DNA of 64,000 nucleotides from Rhizodiscina lignyota (taxonomy: Eukaryota): NCBI GenBank assembly GCA_010015805.1, contig ML978122.1, forward strand, positions 2,514,453 through 2,578,452, read 5' to 3'. Below are positions 49,647 to 63,398 of this stretch, in pieces. Each line of letters starts with the position of its first letter. Position 1 is the first letter of the stretch. Made by a program: the position numbers and the translations under genes. The notes beneath the pieces were generated by a model that had not been told where the DNA came from, did no database searches, and was given only the letters and a program-made list of their open reading frames with translations.

Positions 49647-51406
49647 GATAGGTAATGAAGTTGAAGATGCATTGGGAATACGAAGTACCCCGGAACTTGG
49701 CCGCGTAGCAGGGATCTCACGGAGATGACTTGCGGGGGATATGCGCAACATGCGCGCGATGGTTGGTTTGAATCGACAGAATCAGATGCACCTTTTGGCC
49801 TTTTGGTACAGTGCAGATGCGTTGGATAAACTGAACGACATCACCATCCGTAGAGAAGAATAGTTGGAAATACCACGACTTGGTGAATGTGGTACTCTGC
49901 CTGAATTCTGCTTTCCTGCTCCATAAACGAACTCTTTCTACTAAAGTCTCGTTCCAGACTTCAGCATTTGAGATTTCAAACATGTCGCGTCGCCAATACA
50001 TTAAGATTCTAACTCCAATCTATTTTTTCTGTTCCTGTATGTTTCGAATGAAGTCGCCCTGGGCGAATCTCACAGCGCCCTACGTCCCGACGCGACGGTC
50101 TCTTCACAGGCTCTATATCTATTCTTTGACTCCATCTCAAGAGCAGAGATAATGAATAATGCTCACCAGTCATTCGAAACGCGCACCGCGACTTTGGATT
50201 GTCGTGGCGTGGTTTTGACAGCTGCAGCACTTGAAGATCTCCCTACCAGCCACATGCTCAGTTGCGGAGTGTGGATTCGCGGCTCTGTTCGCCCATCCCG
50301 CGCCTCGAGTGGGCAGACAGAAAGGGCACAGAAACTGTGCTGTGCTCTATCCCACGTTCTACAGGGCTGTCGATCATTATTCCTTGCGATGTTTTCCGTT
50401 TTCGTGATGTTGATCCGACGTCGACTCATGTCCTATGTTCTAGTTCGATGAATGCGCCGCTGGTGGACGCACATTGAGTACTGCATGTTGAGATGTTTCG
50501 AGCCCAGCGCAAGAACATCATCCCACACACCAGAACTGGAAACAGCTAGTCAGAGACAGCATGCTTGAGACGTTAAATGCATATCGATATTGCATGGCGC
50601 ATGAACATAGGGCCACCTAAAAGGGTGTTGAACATATTGAGACCTTGCTCTGAAAGAAGGAACGGCTAGGATGGCCAATGCCACGGAAGAATCGCTTGAT
50701 GCGTGAATATTGAAAGCAGACTCTGCGTAAATAGAAAACAATGAAAATCAATACATCATCTTTGATTGACGCTCATTGAAATGGCTTTAATTACCATTTC
50801 GAGCCTCATTTACTTTTGATTTGAGGGAACCGGAATGAGAGGCTTACACGACAATACATAATGGCCTGTGAGATATTAGAATTGCGGAACTTAAAATACA
50901 ACCTCAGATAGGCACATGTGAAATGTTAAATTGCACTCTAGGTTTACTTTCGAGGTTGTTAGATAGCCTACTCGATCAGCGGGCGAGGCGGGGCAGGTAA
51001 CAAGGCCCTATCATCGGTGAGCTGGCTCAGAAGGCGCAGATGACCACAGAAACAATTGCAGAGTCATTATCAAACTCGGCCGAATGGAGAAATAGCATGG
51101 TAAAACTTAGGTGGCTGGTTGGACTTTTGTCAATAGGGGGATAATGTTCTCGTCGGTCTGGACGCCGATGAACGGCCCCCGCTCCCGAAGGTGGAACTCT
51201 TAGTCTTTCTGCTTGACCCGTAGAATCTTTGGTGTCCAGAATAGCAACGGGTAGCGTTTATTGATATTTTCTATCAAAATTGCATAAATTCTCATTACAG
51301 TTGAGGAGCCCTTTACGGAGTAGTCTGGATGATAGAGTAATGTCTTCCGCCAAGGATTGATGCCGAGGACGTGCCACATTTGAGCTTTACTCGCTGTCTT
51401 GTCTCT

Positions 51407-53131
51407 TTACGCGTTCATACTGATCAAGTCGTTAGACCTTTGGACCTCACTTCTAATGATGGAGATTCTTACTTGATCAATACTGTTTTCGGCTCCGTAA
51501 AGGCGCGAAGTGCCTGCTTGATGTGAGCGAAGACCTCTTACCGCAACAGATGCGTGATCTCACATATTCCCCAAACTCGCGACCGATTCCCGATGCCTTA
51601 CTTCCACCAAAAGGGGCCTGGATGTTCATCTGAGATAAAGTTTTAGTTCATCATTACCCCTCAATCCCACAGGAAGACATACTTGGCTGACACAATTGAC
51701 TCCGACGACACCAGATTGGATTTTCGCCGAGACTCGCAACGCTCGACTCACGTCTTTGGTGAAAACTCCTGCCATCAGCCCATACTCTGTGTCATTAGCG
51801 AAACCAATGACTTCCTCCTCATATTTGAAACTCTGCACTACCGATACTGGTCCGAATACCTCGTCTGTAATGATTTTGGCCCCTGGCTTTGGATTGATGA
51901 AAACCGTCGGAGGGATAAAGCAGCCTTCGGTGCCATGCTGGGCCCCTCCGAGTACAAGTTCAGCCTCAGAATGCGCCTCTTCAATCATCTTTCGAACCCT
52001 TTCGTATGCCCCTTGGTCTACGAGCGGCCCGTAAGCGGTGGTGTCGTCCTGAGGATTCCCGAGCTTATGACTTGCTGCTTCCATACGTTTGCAGTATGCT
52101 TCGAGAAAATCCTGGAATATCTTTTCATGCACATACACTCTTGAGGCGGCCACGCACACTTGACCCGAACGAGCAAGAATCCCATTGACTGTCCAGTTAA
52201 CAGCGTTTTCAAGGTTTGCGTCGTCAAAAACGATAGCTGGACTCTTTCCACCAAGCTCAAGGGTTACACGCTTGAGATTGCTTTTCGCAGCTGCAATTTG
52301 GATCTTCTTTCCCGTTGCAACACTACCAGTGAAGCTGATCTTTCGAATTCGCATATGTTCTGCTAGAAGTGCGCCGGTTCGGCCATCTCCAGAAAGGACT
52401 TGTAGCACTCCAGGAGGGAAGCCCGCTTCTTCGAAAAGAGGCGCAACGGCCAGTGAGCCCAACGGTCCCTTTTCAGAAGGTTTCACGATTAGTACATTGC
52501 CTGTGGCCAAGCAAGGAGCGGCTTTGATGAACAAGGAGGCCACTGGAGAATTATATGGGTTAATGGCGGCGCAAACTCTGGATCGTCGTCAGTTGTCGGG
52601 CAGTATATCACAGTATCTATCGGAAACTCGCCCTAATGGCTCGTGTCGAACCAATTTCACAAATCCATCATCCGCTGGGAAGTAGTCTCCTCGCTGTTTA
52701 TCTGTCCAACCGGCTGCAGCCTCGTTAGCATGTAGGAAGCGAAGGCCGCACAGGATCAACTGACCGTAATACAGCAAGCAATTCTTGATGTAATTCTTTT
52801 CACGTGTCGGAATCAAAGAAATGGGATTACCGGTTGTCAATGAATCCAGGTAGAGGATGTCTGGTAACCGGTCATCGAGTATATTTACGAGCCTCAGGAA
52901 ACAAGCCGAGCGCTCGGCAGCCGTAAAGGTACTCCACGGGCCAGTGAATGCGTCCTCTGCATAGGAAACTGCTAGATCAACATCTTCTGCTCCTGCATTT
53001 GGTACACTCTCGGTGACCAGAGTATTGTCCTTTGGATTCAGTAGAGTCAGAGTCTTTTTCGAAATCGCGTCGACGTATTGACCATTGATGTATAGCTTCG
53101 AATAACTTTTCGGTGACAAAGCAGGTGCCAT
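51407..53131 (-). CDS. Aldehyde dehydrogenase, 5 introns (52578-52631 is GC-AG)
   Basis: EPLGVCAAINPYN, FTGS, LELGGKSP, GQVC, EVFGP and PFGG..SG.GRE motifs. Confidence 0.92.
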
Positions 53132-53421
53132 GATATTGATTTTACTATATTTCTCTTTGACAATACCGCGCTCTCCAGCGAGCTCTCTTTATTTCGCAGG
53201 AATGCTTCCGAAAAGGGACATATCCCGTCACGTTTCGGAGCTGGGCACCGACGATCGGCCCTCGTCTCCGCTCCCTCGGCCCAAGTGTTCTATGGATCTA
53301 CTCCACGATGAACTATATCATCATGAATTCATTTTGCTAATACTTGGGATCTTCTGTTCCTATATTTCTTGTCAGATTTCATTCTCCTGTCGCAATTTTG
53401 ATTCAAGTGCCTAAAACAATC

Positions 53422-54762
53422 ATGGATGCAGTTATTTTCCGAGGTCCATATGACATTGCGGTGGAAAAGAGGCCAAAACCCTCCATCCAGAGCCCGACAG
53501 ATGCTATAGTCAGGGTTATAGTTGCAGGGATTTGTGGAAGGTAAGCATTCGCACACACTATCGCTTTGTCACGTGTTTCTGATCGGTTCTATTCAGTGAG
53601 CTTCACATGTACAGAGGTCACCAAAAGACTGATACCGGGCACATTATGGTAAGTCCAAAGCTAGTATATCATTAGCGATACTAATGGCGAATATCATCAG
53701 GGTCATGAAATGGTCGGTATCGTTGAAGAGGTTGGTTCCGAAGTATCAAACGTCAAGCCGGGCGATCGGGTCGTGAGCACATTCTCTGCAGTTTGGTACG
53801 TTACCTGTGCCCTATTCTGCATTCAAGCTGACACGTTCCATTCATAGTATGTCTTGCTGGTATTGTAAACATTCTTATACGAACCGCTGCATTCACGGAA
53901 GTGCCTTCGGCACGCAGCAATTAGATGGCTCCCAAGCAGAGTTCGTCCGGATACCATTTGCAGACGGCACTCTGGAAATCGCGCCTTTATCAATGCCAAA
54001 CGAGCTTCTGGTCATGATGTGCGACATCTTCCCCACAGGATATTACGGCGCCTCACGGGCAACGGAAGCCTTCGCAACGCTTGACAATCGGACTATTGGC
54101 CTTATGAACGGAGGACCAGTGCAGAGTGGGTCACCGATATTCCAAAAAGGAGAATTTCAGCAGCAGAACATCGGCGACGCAGTATTTGTGTGCATTGGCT
54201 GCGGACCAGTGGGTTTATGCGCGATTTTAACTGCTCGGTCTAAAGGTGTTCGAACGCTATTCGCTATTGATGCCGTAGACGACCGATTAGAGGAGGCGAA
54301 GAACATGGGAGCAATCCCGTTGAAACTGGGGAAAGACGACATCAAGCAGACCATTCTAGAGGCTACAGATGGTAGGGGCGCTGATGCAGTGATTGAGGTT
54401 GTTGGAAACAAAGCAGCCCTGCGATCTGCTTTCGACCTGTTGCGGCCTTGCGGGGTTCTGTCCTCGATCGGCTTCCACCAAGGAGAATTTCCATTCGATG
54501 CACTTGAGAGTTATCAGAAAAATCTAAAGTAAGTGTCACGTTCATGTCATGAAAGCTTTCTATTTACTCCGATTTTAGTGTCAACTTCGGCCGCGCTCCC
54601 GTGCGTGCTGTCTTCCGCGAGTCGCTCGAGTGTCTCGATAGTAACAAGGAGAAGCTCAAGTCGTTCATCAGTCACAAGCTGCCGATATCTGAAGCGCCGC
54701 GTGCATATGCATTATTCGAGAAACAGGAGGCTCGAAAGGTCATTCTGGTGCCCGGAAGATAA
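53422..54762 (+). CDS. Zn-dependent alcohol dehydrogenase (MDR, formaldehyde-dehydrogenase-like), 4 introns
   Basis: GICGSELH and GHE; structural Zn site CMSCWYC...C; DIFPTG; GCGPVG. Confidence 0.9.
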
Positions 54763-55153
54763 GACTCCAGACTGTCACATTAAATGATGTCGCGTTCAAT
54801 CGCACTTTTGCAACATTCCAATCTTCAAGTGTGAAGCAATGCTCGGAGTCCTACCAAGCCTCACCTTGACTAACTGATGCGGCGATCTAGAACATTAACT
54901 AGGCTTTAGTGAAGAATTGTGGAGTACGCGGTCATAAGGGGTTCCTGAATCATGAACCCATCGGAGAGCTTCGCCGACGCCTCGGGCCCGACGCCGATCT
55001 CCACAGCACACACTAAGAAGTCGAAAATATCTCCACGCCCCGGAAGGAAATGTACAATTTGCGGAGCCCCAGGATTTTGAACATGTTAAAGGAGCTTGTC
55101 TTCCGCAATTGAAAGTCTACAGTCAAGACCCCAAATCTTTCACTCTATGAATC

Positions 55154-56978
55154 ATGGCCTCCATCACAACTACTCGTTTTCTGGTTTGTCCACCGTTAGT
55201 ATATCACATATGAGAGATTAACATAATATCAGATCATCCTCTTCGTTGCACTTGGTAGCTTGACGTATGGGTACTGTGCCAGCATCATTGCCACCACGCT
55301 TGGGCAGCCGTCCTTCATCCAGTACTTTGGTTTAGCCACACGTTCAAACGCAACAGCTCTTGAAGGAGCAATCAATGGCCTGTTTCAGACTGGCGGTCTC
55401 TTCGGGACTCTGTCTTGCACTGCAACCGCCGATTGGCTTGGGCGCCGCAAAGCCTTGTTTGTGGGTGGCGTTATTTCCGTCATTGGAGGTGCCCTGCAAG
55501 CGGGATCCGTGAACATTGCAATGTACATCGTTATGCGATTCATCACTGGATTCGGTATCGGTAAGTCATCGTCGAGATGTCTCAGATTGTGTTACTTTCG
55601 GTGCTGATTGTGTGAAGGCGAACTCGTCACATTGGTTCCGCTCTATCAGAGCGAGATTGCTCCACCAAATATTCGCGGCCTCCTCGTTGGTATGCACGGG
55701 GTCCTGATATGCGTCGGTTATGCCATGGCTAGCTGGGTTGGATTTGGCTTCTACTTTGTGAATGCATCAGGAGCACAATGGCGTATCCCACTCGCCATTC
55801 AGTGTCTGCCACCTCTTGCTTTGGCCGTCGGCATCATGTTCCTGCCAGAATCTCCTCGATGGTGTAAGTGTCAGCCTGGCTTCCGACAGTTGTTCATGCT
55901 AATGGGATTAGTGATTGCCCGAGGACGTGAAGATGAAGCGTTCAAGTCGTTTCAGCTCACTAGAGGAGCGACCGATGCGCACGACGACATCGGAATCCAG
56001 AATGACTTTCAGATCTTGAAACAACAAATCCATTTTGAGCAAGAAGAGACGACATCATGGCTTGACCTCGTGAAAAACCCGGGACTGAGGAAGCGCTGCA
56101 TTATCGGATGGCTGACCTTGTTCGGTGCTCAGGGTACAGCTACTCTGGTAATCAACAGTAAGTTGCTCCGGTAATTCTTGTCCAAAAAGAAAATTCATTC
56201 TGACTATTAGACAGATTATGGCCCTTTGCTGTACAAGAGTCTTGGTTTCGATACGGTTCAGCAACTGCTTATCCAGGCTGGTTGGATAACTGTTTGTCCG
56301 TTCGGGAATTATTTCAATGCCTTGGTCGTCGACAAAATCGGAAGGACGCGCTTGCTCATGTTTGGCTTTTCTGGGTGCATTGTCGCACTCATAGGAGAAT
56401 GCATCACTGTGTCTATATTTCAACGCACCGGTGATCGCGGTACTGCTTCAGCGGCAGTATTCTTCCTCTTTCTGCATATCGCTTGGTAAGTGAGCTATAA
56501 AATGGGGGAAGAGCTTTCACTTATTGAAATAAACTAGCTTCTCGGTTTCTGTGGACGCAACCTCGTATATCTACGCGTCTGAGATATTCCCCACTCCAGC
56601 TCGTGCCAAAGGGCTTTCATTCTCCATCACAGGCCTCTTTGTCGCCACTATTGTGTTCTTGGAGGCAGCCCCAACAGCCTTCGCAAATATTGGATGGAAA
56701 TACTACCTCGTTTTTATCTGCATCACTGCAGTGTTGCTTGTGGTGGTGTTTTTCTGGTTCCCGGAGGTAAGTTGGATGACATTTGTCTGGCTGCGGAAGA
56801 CTGTCCAAGCTGACGAATGGCGACGTAGACGAAACAGAAATCACTGGAGGAGATTCACACCCTCTTCGATGGCCATAACGTTCAAGTTAAAGACATTACT
56901 GAGTTCGAGTTCGAGGCACCTGGAGGCCAGAACAAAGAACCGCATGCCTTGGAAGTCGAAAATGCGGGGAGAGTGTAG
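55154..56978 (+). CDS. MFS sugar porter family transporter, 6 introns
   Basis: DWLGRR, PLYQSEIAPP..RG, PESPRW, DKIGR, SEIFP..RAKG and PETK motifs. Confidence 0.9.
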
Positions 56979-57166
56979 GAGAAAGTCCTGTCAGAATACG
57001 GAATATCATTTAATTCCAGGCTCTTAATCGCATGTAATGTCGGTGTTGCAATTGGCTTAGGGGAATCCATCCATCTCTAGACTCTTCATTGACAATGTTC
57101 GACGACACGGAACCACTTGAAGCGTTGAGCGCATGAATCCGTACAAAGCATCAAATTCGGTTAGCC

Positions 57167-58276
57167 TCATCCTCTATTCAATGTATTTCCAGAGCCTTTC
57201 GGGTTTGCCTCCGTGAATTCATCCCAGGCCCTCGCCTTCATTGTCTCCTCGTCCGCCTTATCTATATCATCCTCATCCGGCTCTGGTTGAATGCCAGACT
57301 GTGGACCACCGCCCTCGATGATGCCACCCCTCTTCCTCTCTTCCTCGAGATATTCGTCGATTGTCATTGTTGGAAGGCTATGGTCTGGACGGAAAACTCC
57401 CTGTTGCAGCCTTTGTCTCGTGTCCAAGAGCGTAAAAGGCCGCAATGGCTTCCCGTCCTTACTGAGAATAGGGCCGTTGACCCCTGCAGCCAACAGTGAT
57501 GAATCTAATCGCTCCGAATAGCCGTCTGAATGTTGATCGGTGCGCTGCCGCGCATCATGATTAGTGTAGGCTTGCGGCTGGGGAGGCGGTGCGAAAGCTA
57601 GGATTTGTAGTTCTTGTGCTATTGACTCAAGGGACTGGAAGGTCTGGTGGACACAGAGGTCGATGTTGGTGAGGTGGAGGTTTCGGGCGGCGTTTTCGTC
57701 ATTATGAAGGACAGAAGGGTTCTGTTTCAAATACTAAACGACCGAGTGAGCTAGAAGTCCAACAGATGATCACGATTTGCATACGTCAAGTTTCCGCTTG
57801 AGCTCCTTCTCGTCTTTGAATCTAGCAATCTTCATGTCCCTCCGCGCCGCCGCGTCGGAGGTTGACGCCGTTGAGAAAGCAGTAGGATTTTCCGTGTATC
57901 GTTCCAACAGCCTTGCATCGCCTTTCGATAGTATGTCATAATTATCCAGAAGTTTGAGGAAGCGCTCGTAGCTCTGCTGTGCACGATGAAGGTTCCCCTT
58001 GCGGTCGCCGCCGGTGATCTTGAGGACGAGCTCTGCTAGATGATAGTCGATGAGCAGATATGGGAGGTCGCGGGACGAGATATCATCTAATGTCTCGTTG
58101 GAGCTGAATAGTGAGACTTGGTCCGCAACGCGAAGGCTTTCCTCGAATGTGGTAATGGCAGAGGCGAGATTCTCTTGGAAAGTAGCGGAGATGGTGTTCG
58201 GCGACGCGTCGAGCTCCTTCTGCTTCTCCTCCGCTTTCGCGAACAAGCTCTTCAAGCTCTGAGGCTGATCCTCCAT
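57167..58276 (-). CDS. TAP42: Type 2A phosphatase-associated protein 42 (alpha4); one intron near 57735-57787
   Basis: LFSSNETLDDI, VFRPDHSLPTMTIDEYL and KARAWDEF..NPKGSGNTLNRG motifs. Confidence 0.95.
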
Positions 58277-58645
58277 CCTGCTGTACTTTGAAGTAGGATG
58301 TTTGTTACACGACTTTGGAGTTGGAAGGAACCCTTGAACCCGCCACGACCTAGAAGGTAATGCCGGGTCGAACCTTAATTGCCCCACGCCACGTGATTGC
58401 GCGTACCTCTAAGGTAGTCGCGTTTGCTTCGAGTATTTAGCCTTTTCTTCAGTCTATCTGGGATGCTAACGTGCAACATCACTCGCCAGTTCACTTAGAG
58501 CAAACATTTCGAGATATTCCGTGCTAATGATCGAAACAGCTCCAATTATCTCCGTTGCTCCGTTGTACATCCAACAACAACCCTCCGCAGCCTAACCAGA
58601 CACTTGCCTTTCCTTACATCGCATTCTCCTCTAGTGGAAGCTACA

Positions 58646-61600
58646 ATGGCTCTTACTGAAGAAGAAGTATACAAGACCGATCTCGATGACGACAACGATG
58701 CTGAACATGACTCTGAAGACGACTCCCCGCAAAGTGCAGTACTTCGCCCAATCTCCGCAAGGAAACGCGAACAGCGCGCGATATTTCAGGACTATGTTAC
58801 CAAAAGAGCACAGAACATCACAAAGGAGGAGATCAAGCAAGAGCTGCAGAATGCAGATGATGAGGAGCTTTCGATCAAAGCTCTGATGGCCAAGCATGAG
58901 AATGAGCAGATCACAACACCAAGGGAATATCAACTGGAACTGTTCGAGCGAGCTAAGCAGCAGAACATCATTGCAGTGCTCGATACTGGTTCTGGGAAAA
59001 CACATATCTCCGTGCTTCTACTCCGTCACGTTATCGACCAAGAGCTGGAAGGCAGAGCTGCCGGAAAGCCACCCAAGATTTCCTTCTTCCTTGTCGACTC
59101 AGTAGCGCTTGTGATGCAGCAACATGCAGTTCTCTCTTGCAACCTGAACCAGAATGTCGACCGTATCCACGGCGCCATGGTACCACAGCTGTGGTCCAGA
59201 GAGAAGTGGGAGGGGTATTTCGCCGAGAACATGGTGCTCGTGTGCACAGCAGAAGTTGTTTGCCATGCCTTGGCTCACTCTTTCATCAACATAGAGCAGA
59301 TCAACCTTCTCATATTCGACGAAGCCCATCATGCAAAAAAGGAGCATCCATATGCCAGGATTATCAGAGATCATTATCTGCCGCGAGAAGACAAGACGAA
59401 ATTGCCAAAGATATTTGGGATGACAGCGTCCCCGGTTGATGTCAAGGCTGATGATATCGGTGGAGCAGCCATGGAGCTGGAGCACCTATTGCAGTGCCGG
59501 ATTGCAACGACAAGTGACCTCTCCTTGCTACAGAAATTCGTTTCCCGCCCTGAGGAAAAAGTTACAGAATACCCGGCCCTCCAAGCGCCTTTCGAAACTC
59601 CATTTCATCAGGAGCTAAAGACCCGTTTCGGAGATCTTAATGTTTTCCGAAAATATTTCTCTACCTCTAAAGTAACTGCGGCCGAACTTGGCCCGTGGGC
59701 ATCTGATTTCTACTGGACTTCCGCTTTGGCAGATGCGCAAGCTAGCAAGAAGAGGCGCAAGATTGAGCGCGATTTCAACAAAACTCCTAGCGAAACAGAG
59801 ACACGTGAACTTGATCAACAACTCGCCAAATTGGAAGAGGCGACCGAGCTCGTCAGAAATCATGACTTTGGTGACCCGACGCCAATTACAGTACAACTGA
59901 GCCCCAAGGTGGTGAAATTGCACGAGTGGCTTCTGCAGTACTTCTCACATCCTTCTTCAACGGCTCGATGTATCGTCTTCGTAGAGCGTCGTCACACTGC
60001 GCATTTACTCTGTGAAATATTCACCCGTATCGGAGGTCAATACCTGAAATCCGGCATGTTGACAGGAACAAACAGGGGCGATGAGATCTCAGTTACCTTC
60101 AGACAGCAGATGATTAGCCTACAAAGGTTCCGAAGTGGCGAGGTCAACTGCCTGTTCGCCACGTCTATTGCCGAAGAGGGCCTCGACATCCCGGCTTGCA
60201 ATCTTGTCGTTCGTTTTGACCTCTACAAGACTATGATTCAGTATATCCAATCCAGGGGTCGTGCTAGACATCGTCATTCTCAGTATCTTCATATGATTGA
60301 ACATGGAAATTCCAATCACGATGTATTGGTGCACAACGTTCTGCAGTCCGAAGTATGAGAATTAACAGCTCTCTAAACGTGTAGTACGCTGACAGATGCA
60401 GAAAATAATGCGCAGATTTTGCGAAACGCTACCAGAAGATCGACGACTGGAAGGCAATGATGACATTGACGAATCACAATTGGGTGCTAACATTGGACGC
60501 ACATATACTGAACCGACGACAGGCGCAAAGCTCACATATCATTCAAGCCTCGCCGTGCTAGCACATTTTGTTTCCTCCTTGGTAAGTTTCAATCTCGCTC
60601 AAACTTGTCTCGACTCATGATTTGCCAGCCATCCGAGGGTGACGAGCCACTGACACCGAATTACGTTGTGACTGCTGAAGCTGGTAACTTCATCTGTGAA
60701 GTTATTCTCCCGGAATGCTCTCCTGTTCAAAGGACCATCGGACGCCCAGAGCGTAGAAAGGCACTGGCAAAACGATCTGCTGCATTCGACCTATGTATCC
60801 AGCTTCGGAAGGGAAAATTCCTTAACCAAAATCTATTGCCAATTTATACGAAGCAGCTGCCGGCGATGCGGAATGCGCAGCTTGCCATGAGTTCCAAGAA
60901 GTCCAGCTCGTATGAGATGCAGAGCAAGCCGAAGCTATGGGAACTTGGGCGTGGAGAAATTCCCAATCGACTTTACTTGACCATCCTTGATGTGTCAGAA
61001 GGCTTGGAACGCCCGCAAAGCCCGATTGGCCTGGTGACGCGATATCCACTCCCAGATATCCCACGATTTCCCCTCTTTCTCACATCGGGAAAGATCACAG
61101 GAACTGTGACTCGAACTCTGGAATTGCCTTTCGAGGTCTCTCCCGAGACTATCAGGAATTTCACAACTTTCACGCACTGTGCATGGCTCGATATCTGGAA
61201 CAAGACGTACGAATTCGATCCCGCGAATATGTCTTACTGGATCGTTCCACTCCTTCCTTCGGCTAAGGGAATGGCCCCAACCATTGCAGATATCACGGCA
61301 GACAAATTGATCGACTGTGAGGCTATCTTGCATGTTGTTGAGACCGATGAGTACATCCGCTGGATGCCAGATATGTCTCACGAATCACTTGAAAACAGGT
61401 TTTTTGTAGATCCATGGGATGGCGGACGAAGATGGTTCTCTTCACGCGTGGTGGAAACCATGAGAGCAGGAGACACATTGCCAGTCGATGCTGAAAGGGA
61501 TTCTGCCAAGGCGCGAGGAATTGAGTGTGTTCTGGATTATAGCAACAGCTTGTGGAAGAAGTCTCGCGCGAAAGTCAAGCACGCATGGGACCCGAACCAG

Positions 61601-63398
61601 CCTGTCCTATTGGCTGAGTTCAGGGAGGTCAGGCAAGACTTTCTTGGAGAGTCAAGCAAGCCTGAGAAAGAGAAGCTCACAAAAGCCTTCATTTGCCCAC
61701 AGCCGCTGAGAATTTCTCGAGTAAGTTTCATGAAAGCATTATGCTTGCTTTGAGGCTAACTGATACAGCTGAACCCGTCGTTCGTAGCAATGTGTCTCGT
61801 CCTACCTTCCATAATCCATCGTATCGAATCCTACATGATTGCGCTTGAAGCCTTTGATGTTCTAGGTCTGAAGGTCGAAGCTCCTCTCGCGCTGGAGGCA
61901 ATGACGAAAGACTCCGACAATAGTGGTGAACACGACGAGGAGCGCATCAACTTTCAGCGTGGCATGGGAAATAACTACGAACGGCTGGAGTTTCTCGGCG
62001 ACTGCTTCCTGAAGATGGCAACCACTATCCCTCTCTTCGCGAGAAATCCAACGAATAATGAAGAACAATTCCATATCAAGCGGATGATCATGATTTGTAA
62101 CCAGAACCTATTTACTTCCGCCAAGAAGTTGGAGGTTTTCAAATTCGTCAGATCAAAGGCTCTTTCAAGGTATGCCAAATAATTTCATTGAGATTTGTGC
62201 ACATCTAAGCGATTCTAGATATGGCTGGTATCCAGAAGGACTCAAGCTGCTGAAAGGCAAGGGCCTGAAGAGGAAGGCTGAACAAGACAGCACGCATGCC
62301 TTGAGCGACAAGACCGTCGCAGATGTCTGTGAAGCAGCGATTGGCGCATCATTCTTGCAGTACAATGTCCAGGGAGTTTGGAATCCCGACAGTTGGCAGA
62401 ATGCCATTACGGCCGTCACGAACCTCGTTCAAAACTCAGATCACACGGCTAAGAAATGGTCTGATTACTATGAGCTGTACAGCGTGCCGGAATTTCATCA
62501 CACAAATGCAACCGCAGCTCAGCTCAACATGGCCGCTCAGATTGAGCAAGCCCACTGCTACCACTTCAATTTCCCGAAGCTCCTGCGTTCTGCATTCATG
62601 CACCCTTCTCGCTCCACGCAAATCGAAAAGATACCCTCTTACCAGCGTTTGGAATTCCTCGGCGATGCTCTTCTGGATTTGGCCTGCGTCACGCACCTCT
62701 TCTACAATTACCCCACGAAAGATCCTCAATGGCTTACCGAGCACAAAACGGCCATGGTGTCGAACAGGTTCCTCGGGGCTGTCTGCGTGAAACTAGGTTT
62801 CCATCATCACCTGGTCCATGACTACTCCTCTATTGAGAACAGCATCACAAGCTACGTTCTGGAGGCCACAGAGGCGGAAGCAGATAGCAACGGATCCCCG
62901 GATTATTGGACCAGCATTAAAGAGGCGCCAAAATGCTTGCCGGATATCGTGGAATCCTACATCGGAGCCATATTTGTGGACTCGGGATTCAATTACGGAG
63001 AGGTACAGAGGTTCTTCGACGAGCATATCAAACGCTACTTTGAAGATATGACCATCTACGACACCTTCGCCAGCAATCATCCCATTACGCGATTGCATCA
63101 CCTCCTCGCGATCGATTTCGGCTGCCACGACCATTCTATCATGAGCCAGACCGTTCCTCCTCTGGCTGAGGGTATGACGCCAAAGATCATCGCTGGCTTC
63201 TTGGTTCATGGTCAAGTCATCACAGACGATGTTGGAGATTCGGGGAGATATGCGAAGGAAAGAGCGAGTAAGAAAGCTCTCGTGATGCTGCGAGCGCTGG
63301 CACCATCGCAGTTTAGGCGCAAGTACGGTTGTGATTGCAAGGTTGCTGATGATGAGGAGACTGAAGTAGAGGGTCCTGACTTGGGTACTGCTATATGA
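58646..63398 (+). CDS. DCL1: Dicer-like protein 1; introns approx. 60353-60395, 60582-60628, 61721-61768, 62170-62218
   Basis: DEAH helicase (TGSGKT, DEAHH, EEGLDIP, QSRGRAR); two RNase III signatures ([16 protein letters not shown]); C-terminal dsRBD with C..H..CxC. Confidence 0.95.

Noticed and set aside
51421..51479. 9-bp inverted repeat spanning the ends of the last ALDH intron
   Set aside because: Largely explained by the self-palindromic TGATCA; too short to be significant
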